Notes: generated by a model from the sequence alone, not told the origin. DNA of 37,036 bases from Chitinophagaceae bacterium (GCA_947472215.1 CANJAW010000001.1:1-37036); one strand, 5' to 3'; numbered from the stretch's first letter, positions 9,573 through 19,733 are shown. A program made the numbers and translations.

Positions 9573-10556
9573 TTAGGGAGCCGGATGTTCCTCTTCCTGC
9601 TTTCCAATCATCTTTGAACCGTTTTTCCAGCTTTCATTCAATAGTTCAAATGCCTTGTTGTCAGTTTCTGAAAATGGCTGCTTGGAAAGAACACGCAAAT
9701 CAGGCTGCCCTGCATTTACCCAAGCGGTATACCAAAAGGAGGCGATAGAGGCAATAGAAAGGCGCATTCTTCTTTCTATCATCCCATTGAGTATTTTGTC
9801 ATAAGCGATGGTAAAGGCAGTTGAATATTGTCGGATCAATGAGCCGTTTCGGTTTTCGAAACTAAATTTTTGGTTGCTAGGAAATGACCGCGTAAGCTCC
9901 CTTTCAAATGTCAACACAGAATCCGCTGCTTGGGCACTTTCCAGTACCCTCCCCCAAATATAGGCGCCGGGGTTTTCGATATATTGTGCCTTTCCAATAA
10001 AGAAGTTGAATTGCTTTTCCGCTAATAATTCGGGTACTCGGCTTTCCCAAAATCCATGAATGCCTTTCTGGTTGGTATACTGGCCATTGTGGTTACTATT
10101 GGCGTGCAAGGGTACATGGGCATCTGCAATATAATGTCCTATCTCTGCACTGTTTTTCATGATTTTGGCAAAATCTTTTTCCTTAAACGCACTCGTTAGG
10201 CGGAGAAGCATCGTTTGAATATGCCATGGCACTATGCCAAACATTTTTAGTGAGTCCTCGCCAAATTTCTCAACTGCTTCTTTCCAGGAACGGGGAAGAT
10301 TGGGATAAGGATATTGACCGTACTGATCAATATCTATATAGTGCCGGGGTCCTTCTTCTGGAACTGCATATCTTCTTTTATCAGGATCCACGGCATGTTC
10401 GGAGAGGAAGTCAATGTTGGGTTTATAGAAAACCATCATTTCTGGAGGCAATAAAAATACAGCTAGGTAATTGATCTTTTGGTGTGCAAAAAAACCCCAG
10501 CAATAGCAACTGGAGGTTAAAAGGCAGCAGGCGAAAACCAACAAGAAATGCTTCAT
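9573..10556 (-). CDS. Secreted zinc-dependent phospholipase C / S1-P1 nuclease family protein
   Basis: Signal peptide, then mature N-terminal WGFFAH, plus DPD, HYID, GHYIADAHVPLH and HGFWES: the trinuclear zinc ligand pattern. Confidence 0.85.
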   Translation of the reverse strand: MKHFLLVFACCLLTSSCYCWGFFAHQKINYLAVFLLPPEMMVFYKPNIDFLSEHAVDPDKRRYAVPEEGPRHYIDIDQYGQYPYPNLPRSWKEAVEKFGEDSLKMFGIVPWHIQTMLLRLTSAFKEKDFAKIMKNSAEIGHYIADAHVPLHANSNHNGQYTNQKGIHGFWESRVPELLAEKQFNFFIGKAQYIENPGAYIWGRVLESAQAADSVLTFERELTRSFPSNQKFSFENRNGSLIRQYSTAFTIAYDKILNGMIERRMRLSIASIASFWYTAWVNAGQPDLRVLSKQPFSETDNKAFELLNESWKNGSKMIGKQEEEHPAP

Positions 10557-10707
10557 GGCAGGCTAATTTATTTTGCCGTTAGCACTTAAAGGGTTCGGTA
10601 TGGGGATGCTTCAGCTCTAACAGACCTTTAAATTAAGCAGCCTTGAAGTTGTCTGCAAGTAAAATGAAAAATAATTTTTTATCAGTTGATTACAATTAGC
10701 TGCATAA

Positions 10708-11379
10708 TCAAACTGGCAGTAAGGATTCATTTTCTTGGTGGGCCTGGGCAAATGGAGTACTGTCTACCACATCGGTCACCCCTCCACTTACTGCAAATTT
10801 CATCGTTTGCGCAGCGCTTATATTGGTAATTGGCTTTATCCGTTCTTTAGGTATAATATATACATTTCCAGCTACTGAATAGGCCATGGGAATGTAAACG
10901 GCTACGTAATCGGGAAAGCCAAATTTTTCCATATTATCCTGTGTAATAAATCCAACTCGCCACACGTCATTGTCATCTACATTGGCTAATACATTTTGCG
11001 TAAACTTCTTTTTTTCTCCAGCGAAAGCTTCAAAAAAATCTTTGAGGGTAGAATATATGAATTTAATGCCGGGTGTTTTTTCTAGCAGGTTGTCAAAACC
11101 GTCCACAATTTTGCCACCAATATAATTAGATGATACATACCCTACTGCAATCACCAGCGAGATTACTACCACAAAACCAAGCCCAGTGATGCGCTTGACA
11201 TTGCCTTGTGAATCGGTCATTAGGCGGGGCATCACACCATGAATAAGGTTGGGTAAAATGCCATCCACAAAGTTAAATAGACTACCGATGGCCCAAAATG
11301 TAATCGCAATTGGAGCAAGTATCAGTAGTCCTTGTAAAAAGAACTGAATTAATTTTTTATACCCGGAAGTTTTTTTCAT
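10708..11379 (-). CDS. DUF502 family membrane protein
   Basis: FLQGLLILAPIAIT, PGIKFIYSTLKD, VGFIT, VAVYIP and MKFAVSGG motifs. Confidence 0.85.
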   Translation of the reverse strand: MKKTSGYKKLIQFFLQGLLILAPIAITFWAIGSLFNFVDGILPNLIHGVMPRLMTDSQGNVKRITGLGFVVVISLVIAVGYVSSNYIGGKIVDGFDNLLEKTPGIKFIYSTLKDFFEAFAGEKKKFTQNVLANVDDNDVWRVGFITQDNMEKFGFPDYVAVYIPMAYSVAGNVYIIPKERIKPITNISAAQTMKFAVSGGVTDVVDSTPFAQAHQENESLLPV

Positions 11380-11480
11380 AAATAGCTTTTTATAATTTGT
11401 TGGTCAACTGAAATTCGACTAATTAACCGTTGAATGCATATTAAAATAAGTATTGGTTCATTTCAACTAAAAATGCACCA

Positions 11481-11488
11481 CAAAGGTA
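11481..11488 (-). promoter_or_regulatory. -7 promoter box for the DUF502 gene
   Basis: Minus strand TACCTTTG matches TAnnTTTG. Confidence 0.45.
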
Positions 11489-11530
11489 AATGATTGAAAT
11501 GCGAGGCAACTCAAAAGGAGCCTATAAAAA

Positions 11531-11577
11531 TATATTTGCCGGAAACTGTCGTTACAAAAATAGTTTCCGTAGTTTTG
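11531..11577 (+). promoter_or_regulatory. Efflux operon promoter with probable TetR operator
   Basis: Inverted repeat CGGAAACT-N14-AGTTTCCG (11540-11569) flanked by TATATTTG (11531) and TAGTTTTG (11570), both TAnnTTTG, just before the tetR ATG. Confidence 0.65.
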
Positions 11578-11586
11578 CGTCTTATT

Positions 11587-12228
11587 ATGATAGAATTAGC
11601 CACCGGAATACGAATTAAGGAAAAAGCGCATAGCCTTTTTATGCAGTATGGGCTTCGTAGTGTAAGTATGGATGATATTGCGGGCAGTTTGGGAATGAGT
11701 AAGAAAACAATTTACCAGTATTACTCAGATAAGGATGAACTAATTGTGGCGGTAATCAGCGAAGAACTAGAGCGTAATCAAACTGTTTGTGAGCAGTATC
11801 GACAATCTTCTATCAATGCAGTCCATGAAATTTTCCTAGCACTAGATATGGTGGTGGATTTATTTAGCACCATGAATCCATCTTTGATTCATGATATGCA
11901 TAAATACCATCCTAGGGCATTTGGTCAATTTCAACAGTACAAAGATGGGTATATCTATACAACTATCCGGGAAAATATGGAAAGGGGGATCCAGGAAGGT
12001 CTGTACCGCCCGGATGTTAATTTGGACATTTTAGCAAGATATCGACTTGAAAGTATTATGCTACCTTTCAACCCCGAATTTCACAATAAATTAAAACACA
12101 ATCTTGCCCAAATAGAGGAAGAATTTATCATTCATTTTCTCTTTGGATTAGCCTCACCAAAAGGCTACAAACTGATCAATCAATATCTACAAGAGCGAAT
12201 TAAACCAAGTAATCATGAGAAAAAATAG
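11587..12228 (+). CDS. TetR/AcrR family transcriptional regulator
   Basis: HTH LFMQYGLRSVSMDDIAGSLGMSKKTIYQYYSDKDELI. Start moved to ATG 11587; overlaps the TolC gene by 14 nt. Confidence 0.93.
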   Translation: MIELATGIRIKEKAHSLFMQYGLRSVSMDDIAGSLGMSKKTIYQYYSDKDELIVAVISEELERNQTVCEQYRQSSINAVHEIFLALDMVVDLFSTMNPSLIHDMHKYHPRAFGQFQQYKDGYIYTTIRENMERGIQEGLYRPDVNLDILARYRLESIMLPFNPEFHNKLKHNLAQIEEEFIIHFLFGLASPKGYKLINQYLQERIKPSNHEKK

Positions 12229-13624
12229 ATGGGTAAAAATAATGCTGACAAGTGTTGTGCTAGTTATGGCAGTGGAGTTTTCGGCGGCGCAAACAAAGAA
12301 TGAATTTTCAGTAAAGCAGGCGGTTGATTATGGATTAAAAAATGCCGTTCAGGTAAAAAATGCTTTGGTGGATATTAAAATACAAGAACAAACCAACCGT
12401 GAAATAACCGCTGCTGCTTTTCCTCAAATTAATGGAAGCATTACTACAGTTCACTATTTCAACGTGCCCGTACAGTCCATACCCAATTTTATAGCACCTG
12501 CAACTTACAAAGTGTTAAAAGATGAAGGAGTGAAAAACGGAAGTGGAAATATTATTACTAGTCCCAATGGAGGTAATTTTGGAAACCTGCCACTTCAATT
12601 TGGAACACCCTGGACATCTAGCGCAGGGCTTGATTTTTCGCAGCTTTTGTTTGACGGGCAGGTGTTTGTAGGACTACAGGCTAGAACTGCAGCGATGGCT
12701 CTGGCAACAAAATCTGCAGAAGTAACTGCTGAACAGATTAAAGCAAATATTTATAAAATTTATTACCAGCTGGTAGTGGGCAACAGTCAATTGGCGAGTT
12801 TAGAAGCCAATATAGAACGCTTCAAAAAACTGCTTCACGATACTAGGGAAATTTATAAAAATGGCTTTGCAGAAAAATTGGATGTTGACAAATTAGTGGT
12901 GCAACTTAATAATCTTACTACTGAAAAGGAAAAGGTGATTAATCAGCTCAAAGCCGGCAATGCAGGTTTGAAATTTTTAATGAGTATGCCTCAAAAAGAG
13001 GAGCTGGTGCTTACCGATTCCTTAACCGAGGAAGAATTAAAATCTAATATTCTCGAAGAGACTGTCAATTATACTGATCGTAAAGAAATTCAGTTGTTTA
13101 CCCTAGCTGCCAAGATGAATAGTTACAATGTTAAAAGATATAATTTAAGCAGAATACCTACGGTAGCAGCCTTTGGCTCCTATTCAAAAAATGCCCAGCG
13201 AAATACTTTTAGTTTTTTCGATAAGGGAGATTGGTTTACCACTTCTTTAATTGGTTTAAAAATAGCTGTTCCCATTTTTGATGGGTTTGCTCGAAGGTCA
13301 AAAATTGCCAGTGCAAAACTAACGCTAGAAAAATCAACCAATAGTTTGCAGCAAGCCAAGGAGTCGATGGACAATGAAGTAATCCAGGCAAGAATAAAAA
13401 TGAAAACCGCCATCCTTACTTCGGATGCTCAAAAACAAAATATTCAATTAGCAGAGGATGTTTTTCGAATAACACAAAAAAAGTATGCGGAAGGATTGGG
13501 AAGCAATCAGGAAATTTATAATGCCCAAACCGAATTAAAGGTTGCGCAAAATAATTATTTCGGCGCTTTGTACGATGCTATTTCAGCAAAAATTGATTAT
13601 TTAAAAGCAGCAGGAAAACTTTAA
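12215..13624 (+). CDS. TolC family outer membrane efflux protein
   Basis: Signal peptide, two OEP-like repeats (FPQING...QLLFDG; IPTV...VPIFDG) and KYAEGLGS..E motif. Confidence 0.92.
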   Translation: MRKNRWVKIMLTSVVLVMAVEFSAAQTKNEFSVKQAVDYGLKNAVQVKNALVDIKIQEQTNREITAAAFPQINGSITTVHYFNVPVQSIPNFIAPATYKVLKDEGVKNGSGNIITSPNGGNFGNLPLQFGTPWTSSAGLDFSQLLFDGQVFVGLQARTAAMALATKSAEVTAEQIKANIYKIYYQLVVGNSQLASLEANIERFKKLLHDTREIYKNGFAEKLDVDKLVVQLNNLTTEKEKVINQLKAGNAGLKFLMSMPQKEELVLTDSLTEEELKSNILEETVNYTDRKEIQLFTLAAKMNSYNVKRYNLSRIPTVAAFGSYSKNAQRNTFSFFDKGDWFTTSLIGLKIAVPIFDGFARRSKIASAKLTLEKSTNSLQQAKESMDNEVIQARIKMKTAILTSDAQKQNIQLAEDVFRITQKKYAEGLGSNQEIYNAQTELKVAQNNYFGALYDAISAKIDYLKAAGKL

Positions 13625-13697
13625 GTAGCGGCCTTACAAAACGGGCTGAAAAATAAATATCAGGAATCAACAATAAACAATAAAAAAACAACAATAG

Positions 13698-14900
13698 ATG
13701 AAGCAATATTTAGTAATCAGCTTGGCTGCAATCATGTTATTATCTTCCTGCGGTGGCAACAACAGAGATACTGGGAAAGCAGTAGAAGAAAAAAGAGCAG
13801 TACTTGAAAAATTAAAAACTGAAAAATCCAAGTTGGAGGAACAGATAAAAACCGTCCAAGGAGAAATCAATCAACTCGATCCTGCAAATGCTGGTGCGCA
13901 AAAGGCAAAGTTGGTTTCAGTAAAGACTTTGCAACTTGCCAATTTTGATCACTTCATTGAACTGCAAGGAAAAATTGACGCTGAAAATACAAGTATCATT
14001 ACTCCTAGAGGGGCTCCGGGACAGGTAAAAGCTATTTATGTTCAAAAGGGAAGTTATGTAAAAAAAGGCCAGTTGCTATTAAAGCTCGACGATGCAATTG
14101 TTCGCCAGAATGTTGCAGCTGCATTACAGGGAATCGAGAGTATCAAAACACAATTGGCTTTCGCTAAAAATATTTATCAAAGGCAAAAAAATCTTTGGGA
14201 ACAAAATATTGGTTCCGAGGTACAATTGATAACCGCTAAAAACAATGTGGCTACATTGGAAAACCAGTTGAAAGCTACGGAGGAAAATATAAAAATAATT
14301 CAAGAGCAACTTAAAACTACTACTGTGATTAGTGATGTAGATGGTATTGCCAATGAAGTAAACATTAAGGTGGGTGAAATTTTTCAAGGAATGAGTGCCC
14401 TTGGAATAGCTCAGATAAAAATTGTGAATAATAGCGCACTCAAGGTAGTTGGCATTATCCCCGAAAATTATTTGGCCAATGTAGCCAATGGAACACCGGT
14501 TGAAACCCTAGTGCAGGATCTTAACAAAACCTTTAGTGGAAAGTTGACTTTTGTAGGCGCGTCCATCGACCCATTGTCAAGAGGCTTTGTGGTAGAGGCG
14601 AAGCTACCTACCGACCCTTCGATAAAACCAAATCAGATTGCGTTAATGAAAATCAAGGATTATTCAGCTGCTAGTGTAATTAGCGTACCAGTCGGCACCT
14701 TACAAAATGATGAAAATGGAAAATTTGTAATGGTGGCCTCTACTGAGGCTGGAAAGCTGATCGCCCGCAAACGACCTGTCAATATCGGACTCATCAGCGG
14801 AGAAATGCTGGAAGTGAAAACAGGGTTAAAAGTAGGCGATGTACTGATAACAGGCGGCTTTCAAAGTTTATATGAAGGGCAAACTATAACGGTTAGGTAA
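13698..14900 (+). CDS. RND efflux periplasmic adaptor (MFP), lipoprotein
   Basis: Lipobox LSSC, lipoyl half GQVKAIYVQKGSYVKKGQLLLKLD, coiled coil and C-terminal GLKVGDVLI. Confidence 0.92.
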   Translation: MKQYLVISLAAIMLLSSCGGNNRDTGKAVEEKRAVLEKLKTEKSKLEEQIKTVQGEINQLDPANAGAQKAKLVSVKTLQLANFDHFIELQGKIDAENTSIITPRGAPGQVKAIYVQKGSYVKKGQLLLKLDDAIVRQNVAAALQGIESIKTQLAFAKNIYQRQKNLWEQNIGSEVQLITAKNNVATLENQLKATEENIKIIQEQLKTTTVISDVDGIANEVNIKVGEIFQGMSALGIAQIKIVNNSALKVVGIIPENYLANVANGTPVETLVQDLNKTFSGKLTFVGASIDPLSRGFVVEAKLPTDPSIKPNQIALMKIKDYSAASVISVPVGTLQNDENGKFVMVASTEAGKLIARKRPVNIGLISGEMLEVKTGLKVGDVLITGGFQSLYEGQTITVR

Positions 14901-15129
14901 AGCATGAAGTTGCAGGATTTTTTTCAAAGGAATATTGAAGGCCAACTTGAATGAAGCAATTCATTCATCAGGTGTAAATACTGCCACTAGATATTTTCTT
15001 AGTTAATAAGTAGCCGTCGTTTTTTTAATAATAAGAGCATGTTCCCCACCTATTTATTGGGGAATAAACCATAAGAAAAATCCCCATCAATGTTTAACCA
15101 CATTGAGGTAATCGAAAAATAATAATTGT

Positions 15130-18100
15130 ATGAATGTAGTAGACAATCTAAAGGAAAAATTTAAAGAATTTGGCCCTAGTACCTGGAGTATTAAAAATAA
15201 AACATCTGTCTATTTACTGACATTATTTGTAACGATGGCAGGGGTCTACCAATTCGTAACATTGCCAAAAGAACAGTTTCCAGACATTGTAATTCCTACC
15301 ATTTATGTACAAACGGTTTATGTAGGCAATTCGCCAAAGGATATCGAGAATCTAGTAACCAAACCAATCGAAAAACAGATTAAAGGGATTACCGGAGCCA
15401 GAATAAAAAAAGTGACTAGTAGTTCTCAGCAAGATTATTCTGCCATTACGGTAGAGTTCGAAACAAGTTCAAAACCTGATGTGGCACTTCAGAAAGTAAA
15501 AGATGCGATTGATAAGGCGAAAAAAGATCTGCCCAAGGACCTTACGCAGGAGCCAACGGCGCTGGAAATTAGTTTAAGTGAGCAGCCCATCATGTATGTA
15601 AATGTAAGCGGAAACTATGACCTAGTTAGATTGGAAAAGTATGCATCTGACTTGCAGGGTAAGATAGAGGAATTGAAGCAATTAAATCGGGTAGACTTAG
15701 TGGGGGCGCCAGAGCGGGAGTTTCAAATTAATGTAGATAATTATCGTATGCAGGCAGCCAATGTCACCTATGATGACATTGCCAATGCAGTGAGCAGGGA
15801 GAACCTCGATATTAGCGGAGGCTTGTTGGAACTGGGAAATATGCGCAGAAACATTCAATTGAAGGGTCAGTTTAAAACAGCCATGGATATTGAAAAAGTG
15901 CTGGTTAGAAATACATCCGGTTATCCTATTTACCTAAAAGATATTGCTGTTATAAGAGATACGATTAAGGAGCGGGAAAGTTTTGCAAGGCTGAATGGAC
16001 AAAATGTAATCACCCTTAATATTATAAAACGTGCTGGTGAAAATTTGATTGAAACCAGTGATGGCGTTAAGGCAATTGTGAAGGAAATGTTGGAGAAAGA
16101 TTTCCCTAAAGACCTGACAGTAGTTATAACCGGTGATCAAAGCAAACAAACGAGAACTTCCTTTCATGACTTGGTGAACTCTATTGTAATTGGCTTTATT
16201 CTCGTGCTGATTATTCTGATGTTTTTTATGGGCGTTACCAATGCTTTCTTTGTTGCCCTTAGTGTGCCGCTCAGTATGTTTGTGGCATTCATGTTCTTGC
16301 CGGCTGCAGATATGATTGTTGGAACGCATGTAACTTTAAATTTCATTGTTTTATTTGCACTGCTTTTTGGCTTGGGTATTATTGTGGACGACGCTATTGT
16401 AGTGATAGAAAATACGCATCGGATTTTTATTGAGGGAAATGGGCGTTTGAATGCTCAAAAGAGCGCCAGAATGGCCGCAGGAGAAGTATGGGTACCGGTC
16501 TTAGCCGGAACACTTACTACCTTGGCGCCCTTTTTTCCATTGCTTTTTTGGCCTGGGATCATCGGTAAATTTATGGTCTATCTGCCCACCATGCTCATTT
16601 TTACCTTATCTGCCTCTCTGATTGTTGCTTTCATAATTAATCCTGTTTTTGCAGTTGATTTTATGAATCATCCTGACGGAGAAAAGCAACCGAAAAATGC
16701 TATTTTCAAAAACCCAATTTTTTGGATAATTGTTATTGTTGGAATCATCTTCAATAGCATTGGCATGATTAAAAATGCCTCAATGGAAGGAATTGTAACC
16801 GGAACGGACCTTGTTAACGCTGGAAGTGCCTACCATTTCTTTGGTAATTTATTATTATTTTTTGCAGTGCTGATGGTATTTAATAAATATGTATTGGATA
16901 CAGCCATTCATCGTTTTCAAAATAAAGCATTGCCTTGGATAATGGACCATTATGAAAATCTATTAAGATGGGCATTAACTGGATGGAGGCCGGTTTATCT
17001 CCTATTAGCTACCATTGGTCTGTTTTTTCTTTCTGTTGTATTTTTTGGAATGCGCAAGGTTCCAGTCGTATTTTTCCCAAGAGGGGATCCCAATTTTATT
17101 TATGTATATTTAAAATTACCGGTCGGCACTTCCGTAACGTATACTGATTCAGTTACGCATATCGTAGAAAACAGAATTTACAATGTATTGGGAATGGAAG
17201 GAGGGAAAAAGAATCCGATAGTGGAAAGTGTGATTACCAATGTGGCAGTTGGCGCCAGCGATCCTCAATCGGGTGACAGAACTACCCGAAGTGAATTAGG
17301 TAGGGTGCAGATTTCTTTTGTAGAATTTGAGAAGCGAAAGGGCAAATCCTCTAGCCCTTTCTTGGATGCAATTAGAAGTGAGTTGAAAGGGATTCCCGGT
17401 ACTGAAATTTCTGTAGATCAAGAAAGGAGTGGTCCACCAACTGAGCCACCAGTCAATATTGAAATAGCTAGTGAAGATTTTGATGAGCTGATTAAAACAT
17501 CTGTACAGTTAAAAAATTATTTGGATTCAATTAATACGCCCGGTGTGGAGGAACTGAAGATGGATGTAGATTTAAACAATCCGGAGATAACGCTTACCGT
17601 TGACCGCGAAAGAGCACTCATAGCAGGAGTTAGCAGTGCTCAGATAGGATTGCAAATTAGATCGGCTTTGTTTGGGAAGGAAGCCTCAAAAATTAAGGAA
17701 GGGGAAGACGAGTTTAAAATTCAGATTAGAAATCAAAAGACGCAACGCAATAGTTTAAGTGACCTGCTTAATATGGAAATTGTTTTTAGGGATATGGCTG
17801 CTGGCGGAATGGTAAAACGGGTTCCAATCAGTAGCATGGTGAAAGTAGACCTTACTAGTACAGTGGGTAGTGTGAAGCGGAAAAATTTAAAGCGGATAAT
17901 AACATTGCGTTCAAATGTATTGTCTGGCTATACGCCAACAGAAGTGAATAACCAATTGGCCAAACATATAGAAGCATTTACCAATAATTCGGAAGATGCT
18001 ACTATCCGTCAAACTGGTGAGGGTGAACAGCAGGCAGAGACAGGGGCTTTTTTATCGAAAGCATTGGTGATAGCATTATTGTTGATTTTGTTTATTCTAG

Positions 18101-18765
18101 TATTACAGTTCAATTCTATCAGTAAGTCGGTCATTATCCTAACTGAGATTATTTTTAGTGTAATAGGTGTGTTGATTGGTTTTGGCATCACCAAAATGGA
18201 GGTGTCGGTAGTAATGACGGGCATTGGAATTATCGGTCTGGCAGGAATTGTAGTGAAGAACGGAATCCTGGTAATTGAATTTGCGGATGAGTTGAGGTTA
18301 AGGGGAATGAAGACTAGAGAAGCGGTAATCAAAGCCGGCAAAACCCGTATCATTCCGGTACTATTGACTGCATTGGCTGCTATTCTTGCCCTTATACCGC
18401 TCGCAATTGGCTTTAATGTAGATTTTGTACAAATGTTTGCCGATTTCAATCCTCATATTTTCTTTGGTGGTGATAATGCAAGATTTTGGAAACCACTTAG
18501 CTGGACCATTATTTTCGGTTTAACTTTTGCATTCTTTATGACGCTGATTATGGTACCAGCTATGTACCTGATTGCGGAAAGGTTGAGAAGGCCAATGCGC
18601 AGAATGTTTGGAGGAAAATGGATTAGTATGCTGGGTATTCCGCCGCTAACATTATTGTTTATGCCGTTGATGGTAATTACAATGATTAAACACCGCAGGG
18701 ATGTAAAACGTAGAAAGGCTAGGGGAAGCCGGGCCACCGAAAAGTGGAACGAAAGCTGGCTCTAA
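15130..18765 (+). CDS. RND efflux permease (AcrB/AcrD/AcrF family)
   Basis: LPKEQFPDI, GIIVDDAIVVIEN, GIVVKNGILVIEF and RIIPVLLT (proton-relay D, D, K, T residues); 1211 aa. Confidence 0.95.
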   Translation: MNVVDNLKEKFKEFGPSTWSIKNKTSVYLLTLFVTMAGVYQFVTLPKEQFPDIVIPTIYVQTVYVGNSPKDIENLVTKPIEKQIKGITGARIKKVTSSSQQDYSAITVEFETSSKPDVALQKVKDAIDKAKKDLPKDLTQEPTALEISLSEQPIMYVNVSGNYDLVRLEKYASDLQGKIEELKQLNRVDLVGAPEREFQINVDNYRMQAANVTYDDIANAVSRENLDISGGLLELGNMRRNIQLKGQFKTAMDIEKVLVRNTSGYPIYLKDIAVIRDTIKERESFARLNGQNVITLNIIKRAGENLIETSDGVKAIVKEMLEKDFPKDLTVVITGDQSKQTRTSFHDLVNSIVIGFILVLIILMFFMGVTNAFFVALSVPLSMFVAFMFLPAADMIVGTHVTLNFIVLFALLFGLGIIVDDAIVVIENTHRIFIEGNGRLNAQKSARMAAGEVWVPVLAGTLTTLAPFFPLLFWPGIIGKFMVYLPTMLIFTLSASLIVAFIINPVFAVDFMNHPDGEKQPKNAIFKNPIFWIIVIVGIIFNSIGMIKNASMEGIVTGTDLVNAGSAYHFFGNLLLFFAVLMVFNKYVLDTAIHRFQNKALPWIMDHYENLLRWALTGWRPVYLLLATIGLFFLSVVFFGMRKVPVVFFPRGDPNFIYVYLKLPVGTSVTYTDSVTHIVENRIYNVLGMEGGKKNPIVESVITNVAVGASDPQSGDRTTRSELGRVQISFVEFEKRKGKSSSPFLDAIRSELKGIPGTEISVDQERSGPPTEPPVNIEIASEDFDELIKTSVQLKNYLDSINTPGVEELKMDVDLNNPEITLTVDRERALIAGVSSAQIGLQIRSALFGKEASKIKEGEDEFKIQIRNQKTQRNSLSDLLNMEIVFRDMAAGGMVKRVPISSMVKVDLTSTVGSVKRKNLKRIITLRSNVLSGYTPTEVNNQLAKHIEAFTNNSEDATIRQTGEGEQQAETGAFLSKALVIALLLILFILVLQFNSISKSVIILTEIIFSVIGVLIGFGITKMEVSVVMTGIGIIGLAGIVVKNGILVIEFADELRLRGMKTREAVIKAGKTRIIPVLLTALAAILALIPLAIGFNVDFVQMFADFNPHIFFGGDNARFWKPLSWTIIFGLTFAFFMTLIMVPAMYLIAERLRRPMRRMFGGKWISMLGIPPLTLLFMPLMVITMIKHRRDVKRRKARGSRATEKWNESWL

Positions 18766-18793
18766 AATAGTGGTTGAAAATATTGATTTGAAT

Positions 18794-18826
18794 GCCGCTC
18801 TTGAATTAGGGCGGCTTTTTTATTTT
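18794..18826 (+). terminator. Rho-independent terminator of the efflux operon
   Basis: GCCGCTCT-N6-AGGGCGGC followed by TTTTTTATTTT. Confidence 0.85.
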
Positions 18827-18866
18827 ATCGGTGCCATTTAGTTAGTAACTTCACAAAAAATTTACT

Positions 18867-19661
18867 ATGATAAGCAATCACGAAATAGACTATAAAATAT
18901 ATGGAGAAGAACTCCAGTTTGTGGAAATTGAATTGGATCCTACTGAAACGGCCATCGCAGAAAGTGGCGCCTTTATGATGATGGATAACGGCATCGAAAT
19001 GCAAACAATATTTGGTGATGGCAGCCAACAACAATCCGGTGGTATACTGGGGAAACTGATGAGTGCCGGAAAGCGGTTACTCGTAGGCGAAAGCTTGTTT
19101 ATGACTGCATTCACCAATGTTGGCCAAGGGAAAAAGAAGGTAAGTTTTGCATCGCCCTATACCGGCAAGATTATCGTATTTGATTTGAGTCAGCTAGGGG
19201 GAAAGATTATTGCACAAAAAGACGCTTTTTTATGTGCAGCCAAGGGAGTAAGTATTGGGATTGAATTTCAAAGAAAATTGGGCACCGGAATTTTTGGAGG
19301 AGAGGGTTTTATAATGCAGAAACTTGAGGGAGACGGACTTGCATTTGCACATGCCGGAGGATATATTGTGGAAAGGAATTTATTGCCAGGAGAAATTTTA
19401 AAAGTAGATACGGGATGTGTGGTAGCATATACTGCAGACATCGACTTTGATATTGAAATGGTGAGAGGGGTTAAAAACTTTATGTTTGGAGGTGAAGGAT
19501 TATTCTTTGCAGTATTAACAGGACCTGGAAAAGTATGGCTGCAGTCACTCCCTATTAGTAGACTCGCAGGGCGTATTATGCAATATGGCGGCAGCTTCGG
19601 CAGAAAAGAAGAAGGTAGCATTTTGGGCGGACTGGGTAATTTATTAGATGGGCGGGAATAG
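18867..19661 (+). CDS. TIGR00266 / AIM24 family protein
   Basis: QFVEIELDP.E.AIAESG, GESLFMT.F, QKDAFLCA, FGGEGFIMQKL.GDG and GPGKVWLQSLP motifs. Confidence 0.9.
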   Translation: MISNHEIDYKIYGEELQFVEIELDPTETAIAESGAFMMMDNGIEMQTIFGDGSQQQSGGILGKLMSAGKRLLVGESLFMTAFTNVGQGKKKVSFASPYTGKIIVFDLSQLGGKIIAQKDAFLCAAKGVSIGIEFQRKLGTGIFGGEGFIMQKLEGDGLAFAHAGGYIVERNLLPGEILKVDTGCVVAYTADIDFDIEMVRGVKNFMFGGEGLFFAVLTGPGKVWLQSLPISRLAGRIMQYGGSFGRKEEGSILGGLGNLLDGRE

Positions 19662-19688
19662 TGATTACTATCCTTGATTTAAGTAAAA

Positions 19689-19733
19689 TATAAAAAAAGT
19701 GCCGGCAGCCTACAGCCCGGCACTTTTTTTATA
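19689..19733. terminator. Symmetrical intrinsic terminator upstream of the ars operon
   Basis: Perfect 17-bp inverted repeat TATAAAAAAAGTGCCGG / CCGGCACTTTTTTTATA. Confidence 0.9.

Noticed and set aside
15934-19621. Antisense ORFs within the RND and AIM24 genes, and similar ones across the window
   Set aside because: They fully overlap well-supported genes on the opposite strand and have no recognisable motifs; treated as shadow ORFs.
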